DNA of 63,930 nucleotides, counting the filler, from Octopus bimaculoides (lineage: Eukaryota), in assembly GCF_001194135.2 (NCBI RefSeq). It is 4 parts of 4 records of this genome, joined end to end, with 100 filler letters (N's around TTAATTAATTAA, not from the genome) between each part and the next. Parts side by side here need not be neighbours in the genome. Positions count along the whole stretch, not along the records: positions 1 to 24,153 come from NC_068989.1; 3 more parts are not named here. One strand, 5' to 3'. The notes under the pieces were generated by a model. That model was not told where the DNA came from and did not search any database. It saw only the letters and a program-made list of their open reading frames with translations. The translations under genes and the position numbers were made by a program. This document shows, piece by piece, positions 1 through 11,378 of this stretch (position 1 is the stretch's first letter; each line of letters opens with the position of its first letter).

Positions 1-352
1 GTGCGGGTGGCACATGAGATGCACCATTTTGAGCGTGGCCGTTGCCAGTACCGCCTGACTGGCTCCTGTAGGATTTTCGAGCGAGATCGTTGCCAGTGCC
101 CCTGGACTGGCTCTTGTGCGGGTGGCACATAAAAGACACCATTTCGAGCGTGGCCGTTTTCGTGCGGGTGACACGTAAAAGCACCCACTACACTCTGAGT
201 GGTTGGCGTTAGGAAGGGCATCCAGCTGTAGAAACTCTGCCAAATCAGACTGGAGCCTGGTGTTGCCATCCGGTTTCAACAGTCCTCAGTCAAATCGTCC
301 AACCCATGCTAGCATGGAAAGCGGACGTTAAACGATGATGATGATGATGATG
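1..352 (+). mobile_element. 3' end of RTE-type LINE (or RTE-tailed SINE) with (GAT)n tail
   Basis: Family sequence ...ccaacccatgctagcatggaaagcggacgttaaacgatgatgatg, repeated many times in the window, with internal GC-rich subrepeats. Confidence 0.8.
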
Positions 353-529
353 AAACAGTACCATACATCATTATAACTCTAAGGGACCAAAAGTCTGAAG
401 TTATTCAAGTAATATTTTCTCATGATTTAAAAAAAAATTTAAGTGAATCCCTCTTATTTCAATCTTATAATCCATTAGTAAAAAGCAATTATGAAAAGCA
501 TCTGAAAAAAAATTTTAGAGATGAGTTAC

Positions 530-1929
530 CTTTCCTTCCACTTTAGAGTGGACAACTTTTTTCATTTTTAAAATGTCATCAGCATTAATCAAATCAGGTG
601 TCCTTTCTCTGGAATTTTCTTGTTCCATCTTCTCTGGAACATTTTTATGTGATTTTGTAGATCGGGATTTGACATTTTTTGTACTAATTTCCTCGTTAAA
701 TTTTACTTTACTTAATCTGGATTGTTTTTTCTCTGAATTACAGCAGTCTGTTCCTGAATTCTTACTACCTGCTTTAACGGAAGAAGCTGATCGTGATCTA
801 TGTTGGGATGAACCAATTCTAGCGTTTTCTGTAGTTGAGTTGGTCAAAGATTCTCTCCGTATATGACTGCTTGATCTGCCTCTCCTCCTTAAAGGTACAT
901 TAGTGGAAATGTCATCATCTTGTAAAGCTTTTCTATAGCGCTCAAGAATGTCACTAACAGCACTTGATTGTTTTAATGAGGATACAATTCCTTTTTCCAA
1001 ATTTTCATGCTTTTGTGCTCTATCTTTGTGCGATTCATTCATTGTTGGTTTGCTGTTGGAGTTAGAAAGTTCAGAAATTTTCCCCTTAGGATTTTGAGAA
1101 GGACTTGAAATCACCATCTCAGAATCTTGCTTTAAACTATTTTTATTGGCTATTTTAGAATTTTCAGATTGTTTCATGCTTCCATCAGTCTTATCAGAAC
1201 CAAGCAATTCTAATCTCGTAGTAGTCTTTTGACAATTTTTATTAATTTCTGGTGTAGTTTGTGGTTTTATAACACTTGTATCAAAACTTTCATCAATTTC
1301 TGCATAACTAACAACTTTTGACCGTGTTCTGCGGGTAAGAGATCTCTCAGGAACATTAGTTTCACATGTAGATGTACGTTTATATAAGTTTTCATAGTCT
1401 TCATCGTCATTTATTTTTTTCCTTGAACGTGACTTTTTTTTAGCAACAGGCTGATCTTTAGTTAATAATTTCTTACACTGTGAAAGTTTCATCTTTTCTT
1501 CATTGCACTCATTAGAAATTCTGGATACAGTTTGGTTATCATTAATAATTTTTTCTGAATTATCTTTGACATCAGTAATCTCTTCTTTTTTCTTCTCTTT
1601 TGCCATGGCAACTCGCTCACGATATTGACCAAGACTTTGACATTTACCAAATGTAGAATCATTCAAAGAAACATTATAAATGCCTTCATCTTTTATGTCT
1701 TTCTTATTTAATAATTGAGGAGTTTTGTCATGGAAATCAAACAAAGATTTTGGTTCTTCCTTCTCTTTTTTCTCTTCATTAATTTTCTTTTTTGATCTGA
1801 CTTTGGGCGCAGATGGTCGAATACCAGAAAAATTTTTCCTTGTCGCGGAAAAAATAATCTTCCCAGGTTTTGGTAACCTTAACTCAATAACAGTTTTATT
1901 TTCATTATCATCAGTTTCTTTGCATTTAA
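530..1929 (-). CDS. SGO1: 1.4-kb basic, Ser-rich disordered exon, probably shugoshin middle/C-proximal region
   Basis: 466 open codons from acceptor TTTTTAG (1930-1931), beginning KCKETDDNENKTVIELRLPKPGK and in frame with ORF 515..1744. Likely donor AAG|GTAACT at 529; otherwise the frame stops at 515. Contains FDF-x3-TP and RRTRSKVVSYAE motifs. Confidence 0.82.
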
Positions 1930-2487
1930 CTAAAAAGACAAAAAAAAATAAAGTTTCTCAATTCAAATTGAAAACGGACCAGTTTGTTTCTTATTTTAAT
2001 AGAGAAACAATAGGAGAAAATATAAACAAATTAAGTTACCTTGAATTACTCTGTTGTCAATTTCATTACATTTCATATTTTAAAGATAGTGAATGAAAAC
2101 AAAAACAGATTTTGTTAACTATTTCATGCTAAGAAATATTTTTGAAATATTATGTTGCAATCTAAATGGTGGAATATATTTTTAAGGTGTCCAATGAGCC
2201 ACCCTCCATTAAAACTATTTATTCTCATATATCTCTACAGAGCTTTGGAGCATAATATTTAATTGCATCAAATTCATATAAGCATTTCTTCAAATAGATT
2301 CTGTAAATTTGTGGCTGTAGACCTGCCTTTTTTTGCAGGTCTACTGCAAAACTACTATGTTTTGCAGTACAAATTATGAATTACCATGTCAGTGAATGTT
2401 TTCACATAAGCAACATTTTTATATTTAGCATACCTTCGTTTTATTATAGAAAGGCAGTGAAACAAATTAGAAAAATGAAATACACAC

Positions 2488-3396
2488 CTCCTTCATCTTC
2501 CTTTTTATCCTTTGAGCTTTTTGACGATTTTTTGTTGCCTTTTGGTTTTACTTTCTTAGGTACTATTGCTGGTTTAACAAAAGTTTCTTTAGCAACAGTC
2601 ATATCTTTTTGTTTCTCCAGATTTATATCAGATGGATGAACATCATTACCAGTTGGTAAATTTTGTGATGACTCATGCATTACATCAGTGTTATTTATTA
2701 TTTCAGTCAATTCCATGTCAACTTCTCCATTTATTGTAGTGTTAGGTATGGCATTATTTAAACCATTATCAGCATCATTAACTACTANNNNNNNNNNNNN
2801 NNNNNNNNNNNNNNNNNNNNNNNNNNNNNNNNNNNNNNNNNNNNNNNNNNNNNNNNNNNNNNNNNNNNNNNNNNNNNNNNNNNNNNNNNNNNNNNNNNNN
2901 NNNNNNNNNNNNNNNNNNNNNNNNNNNNNNNNNNNNNNNNNNNNNNNNNNNNNNNNNNNNNNNNNNNNNNNNNNNNNNNNNNNNNNNNNNNNNNNNNNNN
3001 NNNNNTGGTTAGAGTTATTTTTAACTACTTTATCCCTGTCAGAAGATTCAGAACTATTTCTGTTCACTGATGTATTTGAATCCATTACAGCTGCATTTTC
3101 CAAATTAACTTCTTCTGCACAAGAATCTTTAATAACTGATGGATCTAAAATATCCAGTTGTTGGTGAAGGTTTTTATCAAGACCTGTAGCAGACAAGAGG
3201 AATGAAGAACGGCGCTTTTTTCGGGTAGCCGGGAGAGTTGTACCAAAATCGATTTCATTCAGAGATTCCTGTCTAATACTGGAACGTCTTTTTACATCAG
3301 GGTGACTTTTAGTAGCAATTTTAGGTTCTTCAATGGGGACGTCTAAATGTTGAATTTTGTCAGCATTTTTACACAATTTTTCAGATTCCAATTCAA
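2488..3396 (-). CDS. SGO1: Duplicated large low-complexity exon, downstream copy
   Basis: Paralogue of 5255-6022; acceptor at 3397-3398, donor at 2487; phase 1/1; 218-N gap inside. Splices in phase (G+TT) to the acceptor at 1929. Confidence 0.75.
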
Positions 3397-3744
3397 CTAA
3401 AAAATGAATAGGAAAAGAAAAGAGTTAGGTTTTTACTTTTATCATAGAAAACAAAATTATGAAGAATAATATCTTATTACTAGCTGGACCCATGAACAAT
3501 TCACGGAAAACATAAAAAATGTAAACATCTGTAAATTGAGTGCTGGTGCCATGAGAAATGTTTCTATATTGTGACAGTTACAGAATAAAGAAGTGTAAAA
3601 CCAATAACTATATAATCCAACCAAAATATCTGTTACGCAAACATAAACAGAATTACTATTTAGCCTTAAAATACAACATACATATTCAAAGAAACTTCTT
3701 GGTTTAGTGGTACGGAACGTTCTTGTGATATTCTTTTGTCCCTT

Positions 3745-3943
3745 TACTTGTTTCAGTCATTTAATGGTGGCCATGCTGGAGCACCGCTCTTTAGTTGAAG
3801 AAATTGACCCCTGGACTTATTATTCTCTGTAAGCCTGGTGCTTATTCTATCAGTCTCTTTTGCTGAACATCTAAGTTACGAGAACGCAACCACACCAACA
3901 TTGGTTGTCAAGCAATGGTGGTGGTGGGACAAACACACACACA
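3745..3943 (-). mobile_element. 3' part of the abundant SINE with internal microsatellite
   Basis: Reverse complement matches the 3' halves of the copies at 39260-39580 and 54218-54665. Confidence 0.7.
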
Positions 3944-4459
3944 NNNNNNNNNNNNNNNNNNNNNNNNNNNNNNNNNNNNNNNNNNNNNNNNNNNNNNNNN
4001 NNNNNNNNNNNNNNNNNNNNNNNNNNNNNNNNNNNNNNNNNNNAGTGCCCCTGGACTGGCTCATGTGCGGGTGACACATGAAATGCACCATTTATGTTTT
4101 CAGTACAACCCCTTTATCTACAGAGCAACAGATGATGATAATGGTACTCCAGTCTTTATGATAATACTTTGTCTAATTTCATTAACTCAACAACAATTCC
4201 TCAAAACCCTGCAGCTTTCTGTCTTTTGTATCCTATTCACTGCCAGATATTTTAAGCATAACTTGTATTTCATTCATGCTCTCCGTATAGCAAAATAATT
4301 TATAAATTACATAAACCAATAAAATTGGCCGTTTTCTCTGTTACTGGGTACAGCAAATGAAGGATCACAACAAGTGGTAACATGCTGCGATACATCCAAC
4401 CCATGCTTGCATAGAAAGCTAAATGTAAAAGGATCTGCTTATGTAAATATTTTTTTCAC

Positions 4460-4730
4460 CAAGAGCCCTGTGCTGGTGGCATGTAAAAAGCACCCATGCC
4501 AGCACCACATAATAGTGCCCATGCTGGCACCACAAAAGCACCCATGCCAGTGCCCCGTAAGGAAGGATCCCAGCACACTCTGTAAAATGGTTGGCATTAG
4601 GAAGGGCATCCAACTGCAGAAATCAAGCCACATCAAAGTGGAAACTGGTGCAGCTCTCCTGCTTGCCAACTCTGGTCAAACTGTTCAACCCATGCCAGCA
4701 TAGAAAACAGACATTAAATGATGATGATGA
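4460..4730 (+). mobile_element. RTE-family 3' end inserted in the duplicated intron
   Basis: Same family as 1-352 with GAT tail; interrupts homology to 9375-9900. Confidence 0.7.
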
Positions 4731-5254
4731 TAGTTACTCTTCTGCAAAGTTTTCAAAAGCATAAAACATTTGTTATACAATACTTTTGGCAAATTTACCA
4801 TGAATATCTGGAGTATTTAAACATGGAATATTTTAGAGTTAATCAAGTGTATTTGAAATAAAAATCCATCATTATTAAAGACACAGCAATCAAGCTTAGA
4901 TCATTAAAAATCCGGAGATATACATTTTTCTTCAAAACATCACTCATGATGTTTCTATAGAGTAAAACCTTTGTATTTAGTAAAGTTGACATTGGAGAAA
5001 TTTGAACTCAAACACTAGAGTGCTGGAATAAATACTGTAAGACCTTCCATCAAATGTTGTAATAAGTCTGTTAATTCCCCCCACCTTTCATTAAAGCTAT
5101 TTATTCTCACAGAGCACTGTATTTTGTTTTGTAGTAAAAATTATGAATTACCATGTCAGTGAATGCTTTCACATAAGCAGCATTTTTATATTTAGCATAC
5201 CTTCGTTTTATTATAGAAAGGCAGTGAAACAAATTAGAAAAATGAAATACACAC

Positions 5255-6022
5255 CTCCTTCATCTTCCTTTTTATCCTTTGAGCTTTTTGACGATTTTTT
5301 GTTGCCTTTTGGTTTTACTTTCTTAGGTACTATTGCTGGTTTAACAAAAGTTTCTTTAGCAACAGTCATATCTTTTTGTTTCTCCAGATTTATATCAGAT
5401 GGATGAACATCATTACCAGTTGGTAAATTTTGTGATGACTCATGCATTACATCAGTGTTATTTATTATTTCAGTCAATTCCATGTCAACTTCTCCATTTA
5501 TNNNNNNNNNNTTTATTGTAGTGTTAGGTATGGCATTATTTAAACCATTATCAGCATCATTAACTACTAAGGCTGTTTCTGCAGTTTTACCATTTGACAT
5601 TGATGCATCAGTACAAGGAATATGGTTAGAGTTATTTTTAACTACTTTATCCCTGTCAGAAGATTCAGAACTATTTCTGTTCACTGATGTATTTGAATCT
5701 ATTACAGCTGCATTTTCCAAATTAACTTCTTCTGCATAAGAATCTTTAATAACTGATGGTTCTAAAATATCCAGTTGTTGGTGAAGGTTTTTACCAAGAC
5801 CTGTAGCAGACAAGAGGAATGAAGAACGGCGCTTTTTTCGGGTAGCCGGGAGAGTTGTACCAAAATCGATTTCATCCAGAGATTCCCGTCTAAATTCAAT
5901 ACTGGAACGTCTTTTTACATCAGGGTGACTTTTAGTAGCAATTTTAGGTTTTTCAATGGGAACATTTAAATGTAGATTTTCATCAGCATTTTTACACAAT
6001 TTTTCAGATTCCAATTCATCAA
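5255..6022 (-). CDS. SGO1: Duplicated large low-complexity exon, upstream copy (probably shugoshin middle region)
   Basis: Open frame DELESEKLCKNAD...SKDKKEDEG; TTTTTAG acceptor at 6023-6024; donor G|GTGTGT at 5254; phase 1/1. Contains a 10-N gap that looks like an overlap artefact. Assignment to SGO rests on strand, block and phase, not homology. Confidence 0.75.
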
Positions 6023-7819
6023 CTAAAAAATGAACGAGAAAAGAATTAGTTTTTCTCTTTATCATGAAATAATGATAAACAACAATAAGCAAATATTATA
6101 TAGAATAGAATTCTATTTTCCCCAGGGTTTTAATGATGTATCACAACTTTAATTACAATTTTATCATAATTATCTATTTATCTCTGTGCCATTGATTTGT
6201 TTTTTGATAATGTCAAGCAAAATAGAAACATCAAGAAAATAGACTTGAAAAATATTTCATGAAAAACATTCATGAAATCTCAATCAGTATAAAACAATTA
6301 AAAAATTTGAAAAAGAACATTACTTTTAAAATGGAACATAAGTACATAAGAAACTTTATAAGAAAAGTCTGTGTAACTGCATTTTGATCTCATAATCATC
6401 GAGATCATTTTACTTGGAAAAAATACTCGCTACCACCATCAAAGGATAGAAAACATTCCATAACTGAATATAGAGATTATCTTTGATGTTATAAAGTTCT
6501 CTAAAAAAATATTGCTAGTAGATTAGCTTCTGCTGTTCCTCAGCTATATCAAATGTTCATAAATGAAACGTTGTGATGCCAGGAAATGAGATTGGTTAAT
6601 TGATAATCTAATTATAAAGGGGAACCAAATGCATAAGTATTTCTTTTATTATAATAATGGGGCCTCTGCAATCAAAGCTGACCATTCATCTGCAAGCAGG
6701 GGTGACTTTTTTTTTTTTTTACCAATCCATGTAACTCTTCCCTCTCCAATACCACCAAGGCTGCCTAAGGGAAAAGCTGCTGAGTTGGCTGATGCAGCTT
6801 GACACCCATGCCACCACAGGTGTTTCTACAGTGTACAGAACCAGAAAATGATATTGTAAGGCATCTTCTTTGACCTAGCAGTTTTACCAATCCACTACCC
6901 TGAATTTTTTTTTTTTTTGTCATCCTTGAAAATTTGAAAGGCAAAATTGACATCATCATCACCATCATCTTTTAATATCCACTGTCCATGCTAGCATGGG
7001 TTAGACAGGACCTCATGAAATTTGAGCACAGAGTTGGAACAAATACCACAAGGCATTTTATTCAACACTAACAACTATGCTATTTTGTCTTTCATTATAC
7101 TTCTAATGTGTTAAAGTGGTGTCTGAAAAACATCTCCGAAATTCTGTAATAGATTTTATATAAAATTTTACCTCATTTTTTTTTTTAATTACAGGCACAT
7201 ACAGTGACAATTATTTAAATATCACCATATACAATAAGTTGTTAGTAATTTATGATTTCGTCAGTTTGTCCTTGTTTTGTTTACATTTTCTGACTCAATT
7301 TAGGCTGTAGTGAAAATTTTGGTTGAAATGATATCCTTGGATTTATGTCCACCCTGATTGGTTCAGGTGGCATCACTGACAGCAGCTCATCGGTTAGTTC
7401 ACTTGTTAGTTCATATGCTTTTTCTTCAGATGCATGAAGAATTGCATGAGATTTTATAGGAACCATGTTCTATTGTTACCATATTCCTACTTTTCTAGAC
7501 AACTATAAATGAGCTTGCCTTGAAAGGTAGAGACAGTCTCTTCATTGCTGTATGAACACACTGTTGTCCATGCGAAGTGAAGAATCTGGGTGCATCACAT
7601 CTGGTCTGCATATCTTTTTTATTTTATCACTGTTCTGAACATTATTCAAGGTTATGCAGGAATGTATTGTCAAAGAAGTTTCATAATGCATGACACCAAG
7701 TAGAATGACATTCATCTTCCTCCTATCAAGGGCCTCAAAGAGGGACACTGGTTGCACTGTGGGGAGTTACCATGCATTAGTAAAGAAAGTAGGGTAAATC
7801 TGCCTTCCAGTTTTGGCCT

Positions 7820-8115
7820 TCCACCATCATCATCATCATCATCGTTTAACGTCCGCTTTCCATGCTAGCATGGGTTGGACGATTTGACTGAGGACTGGCA
7901 AGCCAGAAGGCTGCACCAGGCACCAATCTGCTTTGGCAGAGTTTCTACAGCTGGATGCCCTTCCTAGCACCAACCACTCCGAGAGTGTAGTGGGTGCTTT
8001 TACGTGCCACCGGCATGAAGGCCAGTCACACGGTACTGGCAATGGCCACGCTCAAAAAGGTATTTTTTATGTGCCACCTGCATGGGAGCCAGTCCAGCGG
8101 TACTGGCAAATACTA
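7820..8115 (-). mobile_element. RTE-family 3' end
   Basis: Reverse complement of the 1-352 family, with (CAT)n at the left. Confidence 0.75.
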
Positions 8116-10628
8116 ATGAATGTGTTCATAGTTCTCAAGAAGCATTCAACTTTGCCATTAGCATCAGACCAGTGAGTGGTAACCTTCCTGTGATGAAACA
8201 TACACTGATTAACAAAATGATGACCTTAGAAAGGAGGTTCTTTATCAATTTTGACAATTGCTGGTAAGTCTTGTAGGCAAATATGGAATTCAGACAAGGA
8301 GTAACAACTTTTGTTGACCTTGATGACTAGTAACACCAGCTACCGCTGGTGTTACCAGTACCATTCCTGATATCAAGATGAACTGAGAGAGGGTTGTGGT
8401 TGCTTTCTCTGATGTCACCTCAGCCACAACTGGAACTAACTCCATTGTATAGAACATTGATAGTGCTTGTCTCCATAGTTGCAGCTCTTACTTCATCAAG
8501 AACTTAATTCAGAAATAGTTACCTGGCAAAGCTTTACATCTAACCCTTGTGGAAAAACAGCTTTGCAAAATCTGTGCCAAGATTTCTCTATTGACATCAT
8601 AAAATTCACATACTGCAGTCAACAATTGCAGCCTCATGTAAGAGGAGTCTGTTCTCCAGGGCTAAGAGAAAAGATAGACTTTGAAATAGCCTGTCCTTTT
8701 TGGCATAAAGTAATCAGTCAATGAATGTTTTATCTTATGTTCAGCAGAAACATCAACACTACTCACACTGCACAGAGCACCAACACCTCTCTCTATGTCT
8801 ATGAAACTATCAAAGATGTTGAATATCTCTTACCCAACATAACAAAACAGTATCACTTTTCTATTACAGTCACTAATCACATAAGGTGTTCATGACAGAT
8901 TTTCAAAATGTTCTATTCATTTTCATTATCTAGAGCCACTAGACTGCATTATTGTACACAGAATGGAAGAAAGAGAAGCATTACAACTGACATGTTATAT
9001 TAACAGGATTGAAATCAACAAATAGAGAGGAAAATTGTTTCTTAAGTTTATATCCTTTATAAGTCTTGTTGCCAAACATATTTTCTTCAGTTCATGAGAA
9101 ACATATACCAATTTTTCAATTACATTTTAAAAGAGAAAAACAAGATACATTAACATGATTTTTAGTTTAACCTGGCTGTCACTTTTCCTTGTCCAAATGC
9201 TGTTTTATGGTGCAATTGTAAACAATACTACTCTACACTACAATTGGAGATAATCAAACTTACATTTACATTAGAAGTAAATATAGTTCCATATCCTTGT
9301 ACAACAGCAAATTTCACCTTATACTTTTGTTTCGACTCTTTTAATAGTTTTTCTAATTTGATCTGTGTACTCAAGAATTTATTTTTCAGTACAACCCCTT
9401 TATCGTCCCAGTAGCAGATGATGATAATGGTACTTCAGTCATTGACAATATCTTTTTGCGTAACTGCATTAACATTGCAACAAGAATTCCTCAAAACCAA
9501 ATAACACACAGCAACAAAGATCAGCAGTTACTACCACAATAAGTGGTGACATGCTCAGAGTTACATGTATCCTATGCTAGCATAGAAAGCTGGATGTAAA
9601 ATGGGCTTATGTAAATTTTTTTTACATGAAATTAGTTACATTTCTGTACTTCTCCAAAACATTTTTAATACAATATTTTTGGTAAATTTATCATAAATAT
9701 TTGTAATATTTAAACATGTAATATTTACCTTTAGACAACACATCAAGTGTATTTGAAGTATAATCTGTATCAATAAAAGTCTCAGCTATGAAGCTAAGAT
9801 CATTACAAATCTGGGAATTAACATTTTTCTTTAAGGCAACATCACCTATGGCATCTTTATTGAGCAAAATCTTTTCATTAGGGTTTCTAAATACAAAAAG
9901 AAAGATTGTAACATTAAATAATGAACAAATTCACTAAAGTATATACAGGACGTAAAGAAAGAAACATGAAACAAGGTATTGCATTTACCTTTGGCCTGTC
10001 CTGTGTATTACATATGATATACAGGACATATTTTCTGGGTGTCCATGCATCATATATGACACACATTCCCAATTTTTATCAACCACCAACTTGGGACTTT
10101 TCAAAAGAAAGCTTTATATTACTCAAAACGTATGAAACAAGGCCTAACTAAAAGCCTGAAAACAAGCATGGATATTTAGGATAAACTTACGAAAATGCTT
10201 TGGACAGGCCAAGCGTTAATCGTTTTTAAAAAATCAACTACTGATAAGACATCAAAGCTTACAGATAATGTGAATGACAATATGCTACACTGTTCTCTGC
10301 TTAAAGGATAGTATCTAATACTGATATCTTCCAAAAGATATAAAAACATTAGTTTATATTAAATTTTAAGTGTACAAACTTATGTTATATACTCTACTTT
10401 TCCATGCTCGCATGGCTCAGATGGAATTTAATGAAGCAGGTTTTCTACAGTTGGACGCCTCCTAACACTAACCTTCATCTGTTTCTAAAGTAATATTTTA
10501 CATGGCCAGACATTGTTTTTCACAGAAAATTGGAAAGAAACATCATTTGAATAAAGGTGATGCTCATTTACAACCATCATGTGATGTCAAGACAAGAGTA
10601 CACACACACACTCATGCATGTGTGTATG

Positions 10629-10718
<90 letters not shown>

Positions 10719-10724
<6 letters not shown>

Positions 10725-11378
10725 GTGATGGGTAAATTGTCACCATTTTATATTTTTAATTTCACACATGAGCATTGTTTGTTTTTGATTTTGTCGACTA
10801 CACAGAATAGTATGATCAGTTGGGCACTGTCTATGAGAAAAACAGCGCCATGATGCAATTCACTCTGCCAGAAATTTGGAAATGACAGGCTGTACTGCCT
10901 GGCATTCGCACTGGAAGTTCCAGTACAAACATTTCAGAGTGTTTGGGCATCAATCTGAGGATAGTTCAATCTGAGAACATGTACTGAAAGTGATAAAAAT
11001 CAAACATCCAGTCAACATCATGGTGTTTGGAGTGATCACTAATGATGGAGATGTTATGCCTCCATTCATCTTTCTACACAACCTCAGACTCAACACAGAC
11101 CTACATCAAGTGCCTGCAGGAGGTAGTGCTGCCCTGGGTTAAGAGGGTGGCTGCTGGAAGACCCTATATCTGGCAACAGGACTCTGCACCATGCCACACA
11201 AGCAGGAGAACCCGGTCATGACTGTCAGACAATTTCTGTGACCACATCACCCATAACATCTGGCCGCCTAACTCCTCACACTCAACCCCCTTGATTATTA
11301 TGTGTGTGGCACAGTTGAGTGAGAGACCAACAAAACTCCTTGTAACACCAAAGATGAACTGAAGGTAAAGATTATGGC
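10719..11378 (+). mobile_element. Degenerate maT (DD37D) Tc1/mariner-superfamily transposon
   Basis: Translates IMVFGVITNDGDVMPPF...PYIWQQDSAPCHTSRRT...IWPPNS..(C)NPLDYY; 37 residues between the second and third Asp after repairing one frameshift; contains stops. Confidence 0.8.

Noticed and set aside
1725-2096. Plus-strand ORFs antisense to shugoshin exons (also 573-866, 2376-2639, 2688-3167, 5143-5406, 5455-5739)
   Set aside because: They are shadow frames of the AT-rich minus-strand exons.
7281-7466. ORF as a definite shugoshin exon
   Set aside because: No pyrimidine tract at the only in-frame acceptor and a weak donor; kept only as a low-interest lead.
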